A program made the position numbers and the translations under genes. Positions 44,604 through 55,440 of a stretch of 64,000 bases of DNA are shown one piece after another (position 1 is the stretch's first letter; every line of letters starts with the position of its first letter). The stretch is taken from NCBI GenBank assembly GCA_964035575.1, contig OZ037845.1, positions 1,302,001 through 1,366,000 of the forward strand, read 5' to 3'. The notes beneath the pieces are model-generated. The model was not told the DNA's origin. It saw only the letters and a program-made list of their open reading frames with translations, and made no database searches. Source of the DNA: Rhynchopus sp. YZ270_cl-10. Taxonomy: Eukaryota.

Positions 44604-47077
44604 ATGAAACTCTTGTGGCGCTGCATTTCGGGGTGCTGTGGGACGAAGGATGGGATCCTGCTTGATGAGGATTTGGTCTGGTCGCAGTCATTCCATTCAA
44701 AACAGGTAGACCCCGAGGATTTTGAGTCTCCAGCAGAACCTGCATACACTTCTGGAGGCACGGCAAAATTTTACCTTTTGAAATACCGTGATGGATGCGT
44801 TCCGAAAGGCAAAACTAAGGGATATTGGATTGCCAAAGACCTGGCACATGCAGTAGGAGAACTCGACTTCTACGAAGCAACGATCCGATTAAGGGAGAGG
44901 GAACCACGGTCATGGCCTATCCTCAACTATATGTTTGACTACGGCGGTCAAGCAGAATTCGTCTGCAGACACAAAGGCAGACCTATGCACAGAAAACAGT
45001 TGGTATTACGAAACATCCGAGACGGCGCCTCATCACTCCGACTGATTGACATCAAAATCGGAGCAGTAACCGGAGTCGGCGGCTGGCATGGCAAATCCCA
45101 CATCAACGCAATGAAGAACCGCGTAAAGGATCAGACCACAAACTCTGCTATCGAAGGCTACCGTGCAGAAGGGTTTGACGGCGCTCCTCCAGCATTAGAA
45201 GACATCTTTGCAACCGACATGCTTTACAACACTATACCAGGACGCAACGGTCGGAGGGTAGCGTTACAACGACTAACCGGGTCGGAGGTTTTACTGTACT
45301 TCAATAAAATGCCAGCGGACGTACCGCACAACGATGTATACTGCAAGCAAGAGGTCGCCGCATTCGCCTTACGGCAATGTGTTCGGGAGTTGATTGGCAT
45401 TTTAAGTTCTGCCTGCGCGACTCCGGTTCCTCAACAATGGATTGGGTCGTCTGTGGCGTTGGCGTTTGATGTTGAAGCTAGACCGTCTCGGTCAGATGTT
45501 GATCCGAAGTTAGCGAGGGTGAATATATTTGATTGGGGTCGGTCGGAATTGACGACTGTTGATATGTTTTCTTCATTGAATACCGCACAGAAGAAGGCGA
45601 GAGTGCAGCATTGGGAGAAATGGGTGGAGGGCATGCTGCGCCTCTCCTTCGAGACTGCGCGGTTCTATCGTCGACAGTTCTGCCCTGCAGGACGCTGGCG
45701 TAGCGTACGCTTCAAAGTGTGGTCGCACGCCCGCAACAACGACCTCTCAGCCTCCCCCACCTCCGGCACCACAATGGGTTACGTCTCCATCCCCCTCCGT
45801 GAAACCTCACTTCGTGAAATCACCCTCCAACAAGCCGACTCCTCGATGTTCGACATAGGCACCAAAATGATGAAAAAAATGGGTCAAACCGCCAACGCCG
45901 TCAAATCTGTAGCAACAATGTCACCAAAATCCACTGCCCGTCCATCCATCCGGATTCAAATTGAAGGTCCGTTTCAATACCCGGTAGGGTCGTGTTTGCG
46001 GGAGGGGTATAAGATTCATGTCTTGAGTGCTAGGAATTTGCCGAAGACGGATGTGTTGGGGTGGTGTAATCCTTGTGTGGATGTGTCGCTTGTGGATGCG
46101 GAGGGGGCTGAGTCGTTGCAGAGGACGGCGATTGTGCGGAAGAGTGCGGAGCCTGTGTGGGATGAGGTGTTGATCTTTGCGTCGGCGAGCAATGTGGGGC
46201 GCAGTGCAGAGACGCTGCTGCCGGAGCAGCTGTGGAAGCGGGCAAACTCTCGCGACGTCGCGAACTGGGAGCTGGCCGCATCCTCCGGTGTGACGGAGAC
46301 GGACACCCGCTCCGCCCTGAAGCTCTTCAAAGAGCAGTTCTGCTACTTCGACGGCGGCCACCAAATGCAGGACGGCTTCCTCTCCGACGACCGAGAACTC
46401 ACCCGCGACGTCAGCACACCCCTCCAAGTCACCTCCGCAGTCCAAACCGACGTCACCTTCGACCAAGCAGACGACCTTCTAGGACGTTCCGATGGCACGC
46501 AACAACTCCTTGAGGACCCCCGCACTCCAAGACGGGTTGCAGGGTCCACAGCGTCAACACCGAACTCTGACAGGTATGCACACACACACACACACCTTTT
46601 TTAAAAGGCCAACCAAAACATTTTGTAAAATATATCAAACATTACAGCGGCCATGGTGCTGTTCCTCTCTTCGATCGTCGTGCGCGGATGAACTCTCGTG
46701 GTCGTGGCCGAGGTCTGCAGGTGCAAACCGGTGGGCTGGCTGGATCGGATGAGTCTGCGAACAACTACATGTTTGCACGCCAGCACTCGCAGTCAATTGC
46801 ATCGACGGCGACGAACTACTCTGTAAGCACACCTGTTGCGGGAGGACGTGGTCGTGGTGTGGTCTACGCACCGTCCGACCTGGCCTCCTCCATGAGCGGC
46901 ATGCACCCCGTCATCCACGGCCACGCAGGACGACCAGGAGCCGGTGCGGCAGGTGTCACAGGTACCCCCACAGGGCCAGGCAGCTTCACCTACCCAACCG
47001 TCCACTCACCACAAGGCATATACTCGCCTGTCTCTGCGAGAACGCTCCGCAATGGGTCGGTAGCGTTCAGTACATAA
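44604..47077 (+). CDS. Inositol polyphosphate kinase (IPK)-like protein with C2 domain, ~799 aa, 2 exons
   Basis: Exons 44604-46573 and 46648-47077 (GTATG...TACAG intron, phase 2). IPK-like motifs ELDFYE, LIDIKIG, WIGSSVALAFD, VNIFDWG; C2 motif KIHVLSARNLPKTDVLGWCNPCVDV...RTAIVRKSAEPVWDE. Confidence 0.75.
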
Positions 47078-50000
47078 TTCGGGATGGGGACTATTTTTAT
47101 TTTTTTTTTTGCAAAAATTGCTGAGTGTTTTTTATGTGCGTGTATCGGGGTTTGGGTTAAGGTAGTTCTTTCATCTGTGTGCATCTGTTGCATGCATGGC
47201 TAGTTTTTTGATGAGTTAGGTTAGGGGTTCTTTCATCTTTCATTTTTCATTATTTTTGTACGAAAAGCGCGTGTGAGGTTATTTTTTTTTGGTGGCTTTT
47301 TTTTTTGTGTTTATTCCAGTTTTATCTCTCTGCGAAAAAAGAAAGAAATAAAAAATCATTTTCCTCGCACAAAAAAAATGCTCGGTTCGTTTTAAGAACT
47401 TCATCTTCAAAGGAGAAGATGACTGTTCGTTTGAGAACCCCCCTTTTTTTTTTTTCATTCTTCAAGTTGTTCTCCCTGGAGAATTAGTTGTAACCTCTTC
47501 TCCCCTCTCGCCCGCCTAGGAGCCTCCACGTTTGCCACCTTTCAAAAAACCCCTCTTTTTTGTTAGTTTCTATCGTTTATGTACTTTTAGTCATTTTTTC
47601 CTCCCCCAAAACCCAAAGAGAGAGAGAGTACGGTGAAGACTGTCCGAACGGCTATACCAAATTCAACAGATTATCAACAAAGTTCCAAAAATACCCCTTT
47701 TTTTGAAGGCTTCTATGTGTGCATCGTTTTCCCAAACGAGGATGCCCTCTTGAAAAAAAATACCTTCAAAATATTTCCGGGGGGGAGGAGGTGATATACG
47801 AGGATTGATGGCTATATCATTGAGGGTAATACCAACCCAGTATACAATATGGGCAAAAACTGTTTTTTTTTTTCATCGTTTTCATCATTTTCATGGATTA
47901 ATTGTAATGCAAGGCCCAAAAAAACAGCGTCTTCTCAAAACATCCTTTTTCTGAACCTGCACCATCCCCTTTTTTTCATATTTCCAACTTGAGGTCTGAG
48001 ATCAACGCTAAGAATACCTAGGTTTGCATACGTGAGCGGGGGGGGTTTTTTTGTCTATGTGGCATCTATCTCTCTGCGCGTATGTTTTTTTTTTTTTTCC
48101 CTTTGTTTTAAGAAAGAGTTGGTACCATTTTTGCCCCTATACCTATGCTATCAATTTATTGATTGCATAGGTTGAAAGACTTTGTTTTGTTTTTGTTTTT
48201 GTTTCCTCTCTCTCTCTCTCCCCTTTCTATACTTTTCGCATTTGCATCCGGGATTTGTTCTTATGTAGGAACCACATTTAGCACCCCACAATGCGCCTGT
48301 AAAAGCCTTGCTTACTTTGGTATATAAAAAAAAAACTTGAAAACTCGAAAACCACTAGTGTTTTTCTCGAAATATGTCGCAAAATTGTAAAATATAGCCC
48401 AGAAAATGCAGATTTTTTTTGCATTTTTCTGCCAAGATTTTGGGATTTTTTTTGAAAAACTTCTAATATTTTCGGTCACACTGCAAATGATGCTGGAAAG
48501 AAGACTGTCATACTACCTATTACACACAAAACCAGACTATCAACTGACCCTTTGACCCAGAATTTAATTATTCTGTTTTCGAAGCATTTTTTTTTTTTTT
48601 TTGTTGTATGGTTAATTGGTCCAGCGTGTTCCCCCTCATGATATAATGGTAGTGGTCAGATGTTGCATTCATCTTACAAAATTTTCTTTCTTTTCAAAAA
48701 TTAGAAAAACATCTTCTTCATGTCTTCTTCAGGGCCCCAGCATTGTGAGGCTTAGGTATCGTATTAGGGGATCTCTCTGTTTTTTTGGGAGCACTTTCGT
48801 TTGAAAAGTGGCAATTTATTTTGCAAGGAGAAAGCGAGAATGACGCCAAATATACTTTGACAACTGTATATCAGTGGCGGTCAACACGAAAATCACAGAG
48901 AGGTCACTAAGGTTCACCTCATCAACTTTTTCTCAATTTTTTTTTTGAAGTGCTTGTATAGTCCCTGTTCTTTTCTAAAGGTGATTCTGTGGTTAGAGTG
49001 GTGCATATCGTTTTCTTTTTAGGTGACTAAGCCGTGAGGCTTAGTCCCATCTTTTTCCCCCATTTTTCCACAGTTCAGAGAGGAAGTAGTATGGGGGTAA
49101 GAAGTTAGCTGGGCGTAATTGGGGGATTTTTTTTGTGCGTTTTTTTTATATTTGAATTTTACGTTTTTCCGAACAGTGCTCTTTTCTGCCTCAAAATGAA
49201 GTTGGCGAGGTGGATGGGGTATCCATCCTCATCTCGTACAGTTTCCCCGCTCTTCCCCCAGTCTTTCTCTCTCTTTTTGTTTTTGTTTTTGTTTTTTGCG
49301 AGAAACACACATTTTTAGCCCTCGTTTTTTTTTTTGAGTATTCCCTCCCACCGTCTTGAGAACCTAGGTGCGTCTATTTTCTTTGGATACACTGTCAACG
49401 AGAGGGCTTTTGTATCATTTGTTTGAAATATTTTTTTGTTTTTTTTTTTTTTTTTGAAAATGACTGGGGACGCACCCTTCACTGAAATAGGCAGAAGTGG
49501 TTTCGTTGTAGTGTCTACGGCGGCACCACGCGGCTATTTGATAACGCAGTGCTTCACGTAGTTTACTCAAAAAAATGGTGGAATAAAAATTTGGTGAAAA
49601 AAGACTATGGCACGCAGCTCTACAGCCAATCTATTTTTTTACTCCAAAAAACTCATAGTGTTAAGAAGAAACAAAACAAAAATGACGTTCCTCAGTTTCG
49701 GACCAGAACACCAAAATGGAGACCACCACGACTAATTTCATTTTTTTTCTTTCTGTTGGTTTCCTGTTCAATCCCCTCTCTTAACGAAACGGAGATAGGG
49801 GAGAGGCACATGGCAGGCCACTTGTGTGGTGGACTGACCGTTTCAGATGATTGTGTTTTCATTTTATTTTTGTAAAAACTTTTTTTTTTGTTGCAGTCAT
49901 ATTTTCCCTCTCTCAAGTATTTTTTTTTGAAAAAAAACTGCGGGTTAAATGGGTAGGTGTTTATTTTGTGTTCTAAGAATTTTAAGAATCAACTGGTAAG

Positions 50001-50142
50001 AGCTGAGGGGTGAACACGAAACAGGGTGGGGGTGGTTGCGTGCTGACCCATCTGTGTACGGTGGTACAAAAGATAGGATAAAATAACCTCCCCTACCGGG
50101 GGGTAACCCGCAGCAAACACCCTGCAAAAAAAACAAAAAGGG

Positions 50143-50268
50143 GGACGACTGACGTCTATCCGTTCTGTCGTACAAAGGCTTCGGTCAACATTGAGACAGA
50201 CCCTAGGTTCCCCAAGCGGGTCCTTAGGTGATTGTCACAACAAAAAAAAAAAAAAAAAAAAAAAAAAA
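50143..50268 (+). repeat. Structured, A-tailed SINE-like repeat (family F), copy 1
   Basis: Homologous to ~52331-52451, ~56852-56950 and partially ~52581-52645; C(TTCG)G hairpin and AGGTGATTGTC+A-run end. Confidence 0.8.
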
Positions 50269-52903
50269 CAAGATCACAAAGCGAACATTTCAAAAACTTC
50301 ATAAAAACCCATTCAAAAGCTCCCCCCTTACCCGCATATATATTTTTTTGTACCCTTTCTCACTCTTTCTCGAATTAGGAAAACAGTGACTTCGCATGAG
50401 GTCAGTTGTCAAAAAAAAAAACGAAGAAGCCGATTTTTATCAAATAGTTCCCCCATGAGATGTTTTCCCCTCTTTTTTATTTTTTTTTGAAATATTTAAA
50501 AAAAGCCCCTCCAAAAAAGTTAATCAAATCATCCTGAATAAAAGAATATGGGGTCCCTTTATCCCCCCTTTTTTTCCCCCTCTCAATTGTTTGGGCAGCT
50601 TTGCTGTGTATTTGGGTGGTGGTGGTGGGTAGGCGGTCGTAGATAAAAAAGTTTTAACACCAGAGCGGCAACTTTTTTTCTACCTTCCCTCTTTTCTTTT
50701 TCCCCCCATCATCTACTTTGTCTAAATAGCTATTTGTTTTTTCTTTCACCCTTCAAAATTACTCCACACATGATATGCAGTCGAGAGGGCTGCAATCCCA
50801 TGCACTCTTTTGCACCAGATGGGTTTGGCAATACGGTACGTTGTCGTACACATACTGTTTTTTGTATGAACTGTCGGTGTGCCTTTTTATTTTATCTTTT
50901 TTTGCGACTCAATAAACACCGAGATCCCCGAGGTCTTGAGTTCATTTAAAAACGGCATTTTAAAATACAACCCTTTTTTGCCTTTTTGTTATTTATTTTT
51001 TGCCACCGACGATACCGATTTTCCTTAAGGTGAGACTAAAGCAAACTGAGGATTAGGTCTTTCATCTTATACAAAAAAAAAATTTTTCTTCTTTGTTTCC
51101 TGACCCATATATTTGAGGCAGGCCTTCATCATTCATACTTCAGAACCCTACGAGTACAGTACCACGAACACTCCCCACGTGGTGTACTCGGGAGGTAGAT
51201 TGCATCTTTCATTTTTTTTTTTTAAATAGATGGCTATTGCACTCTAGCTTGGACTCATCTTACCAACTTTTCCCTTCTAATGGTTGTGATCAAGGTGGCT
51301 AAGCAAAGAGTGCTCGACGGTCATCTTATAAACTTTTTTTTTCCCCTATTTTTTTTTTTTTTTTCGCTTTTTCTCTTTTTCTCTTTACTTATAGCCACTT
51401 CGCTGTGGCAGATGCACTGTCAACGTGTAGACTTCTGGTCTCTCAAGATAAGTAAAACAGAAATTTTCCTTGTGGGTGCCCTCGATTTCAAGGTGACTAA
51501 GCAGGTTTTGTCTTACAAAACCTTTCTTTTCTTTTTTTTGAACTGTACACAACGAGAAATTCATTTGATTTTCTCTGTTTTGAAGACGGCAAAAGTTTGG
51601 GTCATTATTACCAACCTTTTTCTCTTTTGTTTTCTTTTTTATACGTGAGATAGATTCTTTAAGAATCGTTTTTTTTTTAACGAGGACATATGCCTAATGG
51701 GCAACCCTTTCTTTCGAAAATAAATTATCTACTTGAATCATTTTGACGTGAGAAAGAATCGTTTTTTTTTCCCTTCCCAGGTTGCGAGCAGGGAAAATAA
51801 ACAACGTTTTACCCCCCCTCGCCTCTCGAAGTGATGGAGGGGAACGTTTAAAGAGAAATCGGGGTTGAGGCGCCTTGCGAAAAAAGGAAAAAATAAGGGG
51901 GAATTATGTTGTCCTTCTTGTAACGCCAATAAATGATTGTTTTGTTTTTTATTTTAAATCTACCGTGACTTCCGAAGAGCTTTTCAAAAAAAAAAACCTT
52001 TGTTACAAAAAAAACTTTGCTTGAAGTAGTATTACCCGACTGCTTCTTGCCTATACCAACATACAATTTTAAAGCTGTGTTACGATGTTTGTCTTCTGTT
52101 TATTTTCCTCTTTTTTTTTGCGATACAAACAACCAAGATGGAGGTTAAATACAAGACCTAGGTCTTGTATTCAACTTAACGGGTCTAAAATAGGAGTTCC
52201 CAGAAGGGGGAGGGGAAAAGTAAAATAAAAGACCCTCCTTAGGACCTAACTACATGACGTCTTCGATATTTCTGTTGGCGACCAAAAAAGGGGATGGGTT
52301 TCCATAAAAGTCGCTCTCAAGGGTTCAGGAGGACCGACGTCTGTACCTTCTGTAGTACAAAGGCTTCGGTTAACATTGAGTACAGACCCTAGGTTCCCAA
52401 AGTGGGGTTCTTAGGCCCCCCTTAGGTGATTGTCGACAAAAAAAAAAAAAATGCCAATATTTTTGCGCTTTTCTTTTCACACTGTAATAAGGAACACCAT
52501 CATTCGCGATACCACTACCCTTAACATAGACCCAAATGTTTTGAAAGAAAGCTGAAGATGCAAGATAACAAAAAGCAATTCATGAGTACAGACAGACCTT
52601 AGTTATCAAAGGTGGGTGCATCATGGCGATTGTTGACACAAAAAGAAACCTTTCCCTCAGTGATGATTTTTTTTTTTTTGTTTTGTTTTTGAAAGATAAG
52701 TGCAGTGTCTTATCCAGTTTTTTTTTTTTTGCCCAGTTAGACTTCCCTTCGTTTCCTTCAATTTATTTTGTGCGTGATGCCTTTCCTGCTTGAAAACCTG
52801 AAAAATGCGTCCATGAGACCCGTTCAATCTTGAAAAATTTCCTTTCGTGCAGTAGAATAAAAAGTATATGAAATACCTGACTTTTTTGATAGTGGTAAGA
52901 GAG

Positions 52904-52935
52904 GTGTGCACGAGAGGCACATTTATTTTACAAGT
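52904..52935 (+). repeat. Representative of dispersed hairpin family D (GTGTGC-ACGAGAG-GCACAT..CATCTTACAAG)
   Basis: Related copies near 715, 5835, 12335, 12814, 34625, 34750, 59043. Confidence 0.75.
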
Positions 52936-54264
52936 TTTCTTTCCAAAAAAAAAAAAAAGAAAAGGAAAGTTACCCAGGGAAACACAGATTTAGTATCGTT
53001 TACAAAAAAGGAAAAGGAATATTTGTTTTTGGTATCACCCTTTTCTCATTGCTTTCTTGTGAATATAAAGTATTTCAGTGATATCTTTCGCAGAGGAACA
53101 TACGCACTCATCCTCTATGTTTTATTTTTTATTTTATTTTTTTGGAAAACAGTCCGGGCTTGCTTTATTTTCTTTGCTCAAAAAATACATTCAAAAAAGA
53201 AAAAACGGGATTATGGGTTGGGCATGGGATGAGAGAGTCTTCGCGTTAATTATTCCGGTTTGCTTTAAAAAAAAAAAACTTACCTCCGTAAATCTCCGAA
53301 AATGCAGGGTGCGAGGTGTTCAATTAGCGCGAAGACTGGGATGAAGGTGTTTTTCTTTTCATTTCTTTTCTTTTATTTTCCTTTTTCAGATACCAACCTC
53401 AAAAATGGATGTAGGACTTGCATGGTTGGGGTCCTCCCCGACCTAAGTACACTGCCATGAGAGGGCTTTGTATTTCAAATCTTTTCTTTTGATGACGCCT
53501 TAGGATCATCACCACAACTTTTCAATTTTATTTTTCTTTTTCGATGACTGTTTCCCGGTGAGGATCATTCATCCCCTCCATCTATCTCTCTCTCTCTCTC
53601 TCTCTCCATTGTCTTTTTTTAGCTGTTAAAACTTAGGCAATGGGTCTTCGGACCAACACAACCTTCCCCCTTTTATAATATGCGTCTATTCTGTGTGTGC
53701 TCTGGCCCACTCCCCTCTCCCACATCCCCTCACCCCATTTATGTGTTTTGTGCCTGATTTGGTCTTTCCGTTCGTTTACTACAACAAAAGTTCCTCCCCC
53801 CTTTTTTTTATCAATAATCGGATAATTAAGATCTTCAGCATCCATTGGAGTTTATACTGTTTTCCTGCAAAATTGGTGACCCTACAGTCAGGACTGACCC
53901 TGTCTGCAATGATCCCCATTCATCTGAATGATCAGTAGAAGGTGGGAGTAGAGCACATGAGCAGATGCACACCACAGAAGGAAATGGATTGAGAGACGGT
54001 TCTGCCAAGATGGTCATGGAAAACCTCAAAATGGGTTGTAGGACTGCATGGCTAGCCTGGGGCGGTACAACCCGGCCATACAAAGGTACACTGTAAACGC
54101 TCACACTCCATCCCATCCCTTTACAGCACCGCTCGAGGGGGGCTTTTTTTTCCCCTTCTTCTTCTCCCCCCTTTCTCACTCTTTTTTTAATTGACACATT
54201 CTTTACACAACTCTTTCCACGGTATTTTTTTTTTACACTTTTTACCAAATAACCCCCCCTACAA

Positions 54265-55440
54265 ATGGCTTTCCCCATGCATCGGGCGAAGAGTAACCCA
54301 GTAATGTCCCGCGATCGTACACATGGTGTTATATCTGATTCGCAGATGCCGCGAACTACGTCTGAGAGGAAGATTGATGGACAGTCACCGCCGTTGCATC
54401 ACCAATCCTTTGGGGTGAGGAGGGCGGAGGTGAAGAATCAGTTGAAGCGCGCGACATCTCCTTCGAAGATTCCTTTGTCTTCTATGCCGATTCCCATGCC
54501 CAAGCAGGTGCGTGGGATGGTTCAGGTACCCCCTGCACCGGTAAAGCCGAAGGCAGCTTGTCGTGTCATTCCAACGATATCGCGAACCACAAAGCGTCCC
54601 TTGGTGATCGCAGCAGGGCAGGCGTCAGCGCAGGGCAAGCGTCCCACCATGGAGGATGTGCACTCCATCCATTTGTCTATTCCGTGGCAGACCTTGGCGC
54701 AGCAGAGCTCCCCGCTTGCAGTCTCCTTTGCCGCAGTCTACGACGGACACTGCGGCAAACACGTTGCAGACATTTCATCGCAGCTTCTCCCGGCAAGCAT
54801 TTTGTCTCAAAAATGCTTTCCTTATGACCCTGCGACTGCGCTGTCTCAGGCCTTTGTTTCGACTGACCGTGCGATTTACAAGAAGATTAAAGGGCGTGAA
54901 GGTGGGTCGACGTGCTCTGCAGCACTTCTGGTCGGCAATGACCTCTTTATTGCAAACCTAGGTGACGCCAGGGCAGTTCTGGTCGAAAGCGGCGGGCACG
55001 GTGTGTCCCTCTCTGTGGACCACAAACCGACGCTCGCCTCAGAGAAGATGCGCATCGAAGCTGCCGGGGGCAGAGTCGACTTTGGACGAGTCTCCGGATG
55101 CCTTGCTGTGAGCCGTGCCTTTGGGGATTTTGAATTCAAAGGTGGCTCCCAAGTCCTCTCAGAACGACACGAACTAGTGGTCTCCAACGTGCCTGACGTA
55201 ACAAAGGTTACCCTAACAGACTCCTGCGAAGCAGTTATCCTGGCATGCGACGGAGTGTGGGACGTACTAAGCTCCGAAACAGCGGCAGAGGCTGTGTACC
55301 GCACCCTCGCAATGGAAGGGGCTGACAAAGCCAAGGCAGCGGCGCGTGCTGCAGAAGGATTAGTCCAGCTCGCCCTTTCCAACAGGACCATGGACAATGT
55401 TACTGTAGTCGTTCTGGTATTGCATACAGCATTGTCGTGA
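54265..55440 (+). CDS. Protein phosphatase 2C (PPM family) with low-complexity N-terminal extension
   Basis: QGKRPTMED, AVYDGHCG, GSTC, ANLGDARAVL, LSVDHKP, LAVSRAFGD, ILACDGVWDV, DNVTVVV motifs. Confidence 0.96.
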   Translation: MAFPMHRAKSNPVMSRDRTHGVISDSQMPRTTSERKIDGQSPPLHHQSFGVRRAEVKNQLKRATSPSKIPLSSMPIPMPKQVRGMVQVPPAPVKPKAACRVIPTISRTTKRPLVIAAGQASAQGKRPTMEDVHSIHLSIPWQTLAQQSSPLAVSFAAVYDGHCGKHVADISSQLLPASILSQKCFPYDPATALSQAFVSTDRAIYKKIKGREGGSTCSAALLVGNDLFIANLGDARAVLVESGGHGVSLSVDHKPTLASEKMRIEAAGGRVDFGRVSGCLAVSRAFGDFEFKGGSQVLSERHELVVSNVPDVTKVTLTDSCEAVILACDGVWDVLSSETAAEAVYRTLAMEGADKAKAAARAAEGLVQLALSNRTMDNVTVVVLVLHTALS

